64,000 bases of DNA from Raillietiella orientalis (taxonomy: Eukaryota), in the NCBI GenBank assembly GCA_036172245.1, contig JAYWIR010000009.1:372001-436000 (forward strand). Direction: 5' to 3'. Positions 61,240 to 64,000 of this stretch are shown here, piece by piece (the first letter of the stretch is position 1; every line of letters begins with the position of its first letter). The position numbers were made by a program, and so were the translations under genes. The notes below the pieces were generated by a model that saw only the letters and a list, made by a program, of their open reading frames with translations, did no database searches and was not told the DNA's origin.

Positions 61240-63150
61240 GATCGCATGACGCGCCACATCCGAGCTCCTACAGACGTCACTCGCAGAGCAGCAAACACCT
61301 CGATGTGTGTATCCGTGTTCCCCTCCATTGATCTCGATGGACTAGCATCCTGGAAAGGTCCGTTTCTCCGTCCCTTCAGAGGACAGCTCAATCCCCCGTC
61401 CTTCCGTGGAACCACGTTTCAGAAGCTCTGCTTGGTTCTCCCGGCAACCCTTGCGCAGGAGCGCTCCCATCTCCTCGTGGAACAAGGACCCTTCCTCTCT
61501 TCAAGTCAGCAGTCAGTTTGCTGTCATTCCTGACAGAACCTCTCCTCTTCCTCCTCCACCGTCCGAGATCTTTCGGCTCTGATTCCTTTTCGCGCCGCAC
61601 CTTACAAGAACACTGCTACGGAGGGAGAGTTCCCTTTCTTCACATCCTCGGCGGGAGCCACGCCCACCCTGTATGATGATGATTATAAGGTGGTGGCTGT
61701 CTTCGGCCGCTCTGCTTGAAGTTTAGACCACCCAGTCGGATCTTCGGCGGACGCGCAGGCCTGCTGGGAACCCAACGATGCGTTGTCGTCGTTCCTTTTT
61801 CCTCCAGCCGCCAGAGGTCCAGGGATCAGGACAGGCTCATGTGGGAGCGCCTCAGTCCTCATAAGAAAGGCATCCCTCTTTGAATTCCTTCATCCCTCCT
61901 CTTCCTGCATTACTCGCAGCCCTGCGAGGAGTTCCCAGCAGATCGTCTTGCCTATCGGAGGAAGACCGAGACACTCATCTGCTGTTCCATCTCTCGACTC
62001 CCCTGGATCCTCTTCCTTTTCCCTCTCTTCCTTCTCCTGATGCTGCTTCCATCTTTCCTTTTTTTTTGTTTTTTTTTCCCACTCTCCGCAGGAAGCGGCT
62101 GACGCTCCGATTCCTTCCTTCCGGAACTCGCCGGCTCCGTAAGAGGGTCCGCGCGGCACGCGCGACCACTGGCGTCCCTCTTCTGCCCTTCCTGTTTGCC
62201 TCCCTGCCTCCTCTTTGGCTCAGAGGTTTTTGCGGAGAATCGATTCGACTTCTGCGTCGTAACGGGTGCAACGACTGGCGAATCTCCAGCGCCATCTCCG
62301 ATAAATGCGGACCGAGGCTTTTCCTTCTATCTGAAGGAGCGAAGGGAAAAACGAGAATGGAGAAATCCTTCCTTCCTTCCGCGTCCTACCCTTCTCTCTA
62401 GTACCCCATTCTGCTTCCATCCGAGCACAAACGCACCAGCCCTGAATTCCAGCGGAATTAACATAGATGTTACTCGTGGGCTGAGCAGTGCCGTGCACCG
62501 CCTCCTTCTGGCGGATGGCGAGATGGAAAGAAAATCCACTCCCCAGTGATAGCCGACGCTTCCTGTCCTCCACCACCTCCTCGTTCCCTCTTTCTTTCAT
62601 ATCATCCTGCTCTCTACCTCTGGAAGGAAACGCGCGGAGGAAGCATAGAAAGGGGGCGAGTGGATGACCTTCCCTTCCCGCGTGCAGAATGCCCGCTTCG
62701 TCATGAACTCGCTCCGACACTCGGAAGCTCTGTGGAGTCCCCTGAGAAAACCCAATACTCTGGCTCCACGACATCTAGCTCTACTCTGCGTTTTTCCACA
62801 AACTTCGCTGGTTTTGAGTATTTGTCTCCCGGGAACTCTCGTCCCTGAGTGGCTTCGGAGAAGGAGGCGTCTCTCGTTCCTTTGGTCAGGCGGAGATTGC
62901 CACCGTGGTCGTTCGGCACCCCTGTGGGCATTGTTCCTCCCACAATTTTGAAAACGGCAATGATTACAGCAATAAATCGTTAAGAAGGAACCTCCACGAG
63001 GAGGATGGCCTTTCCACAGAGGAGAGACAAGTGCTCCCACTGATCGAAGGAACAGTCCCGGGAGCTGGCCCTTGCCATCCTTCTCCTTGTCCTCCGCTGA
63101 AGACAAGCTCAAAAAGCAAAGCCTTTTCTCAGAGGCTCCAGGAGTCCTAG
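61240..63150 (-). mobile_element. Degenerate L1/Tx1-like 5' region (ORF1 plus start of the AP endonuclease)
   Basis: KIRLGGLNF (I..LN..G), GRTGD* (GDFN) and HGYTH follow a purine-rich, low-complexity ORF1-like tail. Weak. Confidence 0.3.
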
Positions 63151-63346
63151 AAGAAGGCGGAACAGATTAGGTCACATGAGCAGCGGACTTTAGCAGAGAT
63201 TGTTCAGCCAGTCATGCCGAGAACTTTCTTCAAAAAAGGATGAACAAGCCAGAGAGAACCAACAATTTTCTGGAAAACAACGACAAGTTTAAAGAAAGGG
63301 TGCACCGACACTCAGATCGTCAACTCCAGAATTCCGAAAGGGGCAC

Positions 63347-64000
63347 GCGTTGGTAGCCGTGTGGCGGCAGTCTAAGCGCGTGGTACCAGGCGTTGCGGGT
63401 TCGAATCCCATCCGGGAAAGGATTGACTCCGAGAAATAGGCGCGTCGTAGGTTTTCGAATGCTCTCGCGCAGAATAATGTTGGTTGGCCTGTAGGTTTCG
63501 GATGCGGCATTGAAGGAAGCCGGAAACAGGATGCCCTCGTTGACTGGCAGGGGCTGGAAGTTGACCCTGTGGGGCCCTTCTAGGAACCAGGGAGCCGGTT
63601 CCTCTCGGGGTTCCCTTCCGTCCGTGAAAACGAAGCTGTTTCTCTCCTCGGTGAGAGACTCTTCCTCGCGCACAATGAAGATGAGTGTCCAAGAAGCAAG
63701 CCGCTCCCTTCGGGGAGCTCCCTTCAGAAAAATCTGGAAGCGTCCCTACGGGGTTCACTTCAGAGGAGGAAACAAAGAGCGGATTTTTTCTTGGGATTCC
63801 TATCAAAAAAAAAACGAGGAGTGGCCCTTCCGGGGATCCTCTGGAAATAATAAGAAGGACGTTTCCGTCGGAGCTCCCTCTAGAGACAACCAGGGTGAGA
63901 GTTTCCCGAGAGTACGAGGAGCGGACTCCTTCCTCCTAAGCCTTCCTGGATTCATAGGGTGGTCCCTCCGAGGTTACCCCTAATCTGAAGAATGATGAGC
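63347..64000 (+). mobile_element. tRNA-headed SINE, reaching the window edge
   Basis: gcgttggtagccgtgtggcggcagtctaagcgcgtgg...gcgggttcgaatcccatcc is followed by the family body to ccttcctggattcatagggtggtcc. Confidence 0.88.

Noticed and set aside
1..64000. Uni-strand piRNA cluster (flamenco-like)
   Set aside because: TE fragments occur in both orientations, and the question cannot be assessed without small-RNA data.

Overview
This is eukaryotic DNA, probably arthropod (inferred from an arthropod-type SK channel sequence). I found no intact host gene. The window is almost entirely decayed transposable elements: at least six Ty3/Gypsy internal-region relics, many L1/Tx1-like and some RTE/other LINE fragments, and about 9 copies of a long (about 0.9 kb) tRNA-headed SINE with an internal minisatellite. 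Four things stand out. (1) A 2146-bp inverted repeat (903-3048 / 37541-39686) is near-identical with no net indel, and it sits in register inside two otherwise diverged Gypsy relics. (2) An AT-rich bacterial patch of about 0.75 kb (43715-44470) carries IS5-family (IS1031-like) transposase pieces, IS ends and a Shine-Dalgarno site. (3) An intronless SK potassium-channel pseudogene splits one SINE and is itself split by another SINE. (4) A young 5'-truncated Tx1-like LINE has a perfect 16-bp target-site duplication and ends in a family-conserved hairpin rather than a long poly(A). All homology calls come from by-eye motif recognition in translated frames, not database searches. Boundaries of degenerate elements are approximate.
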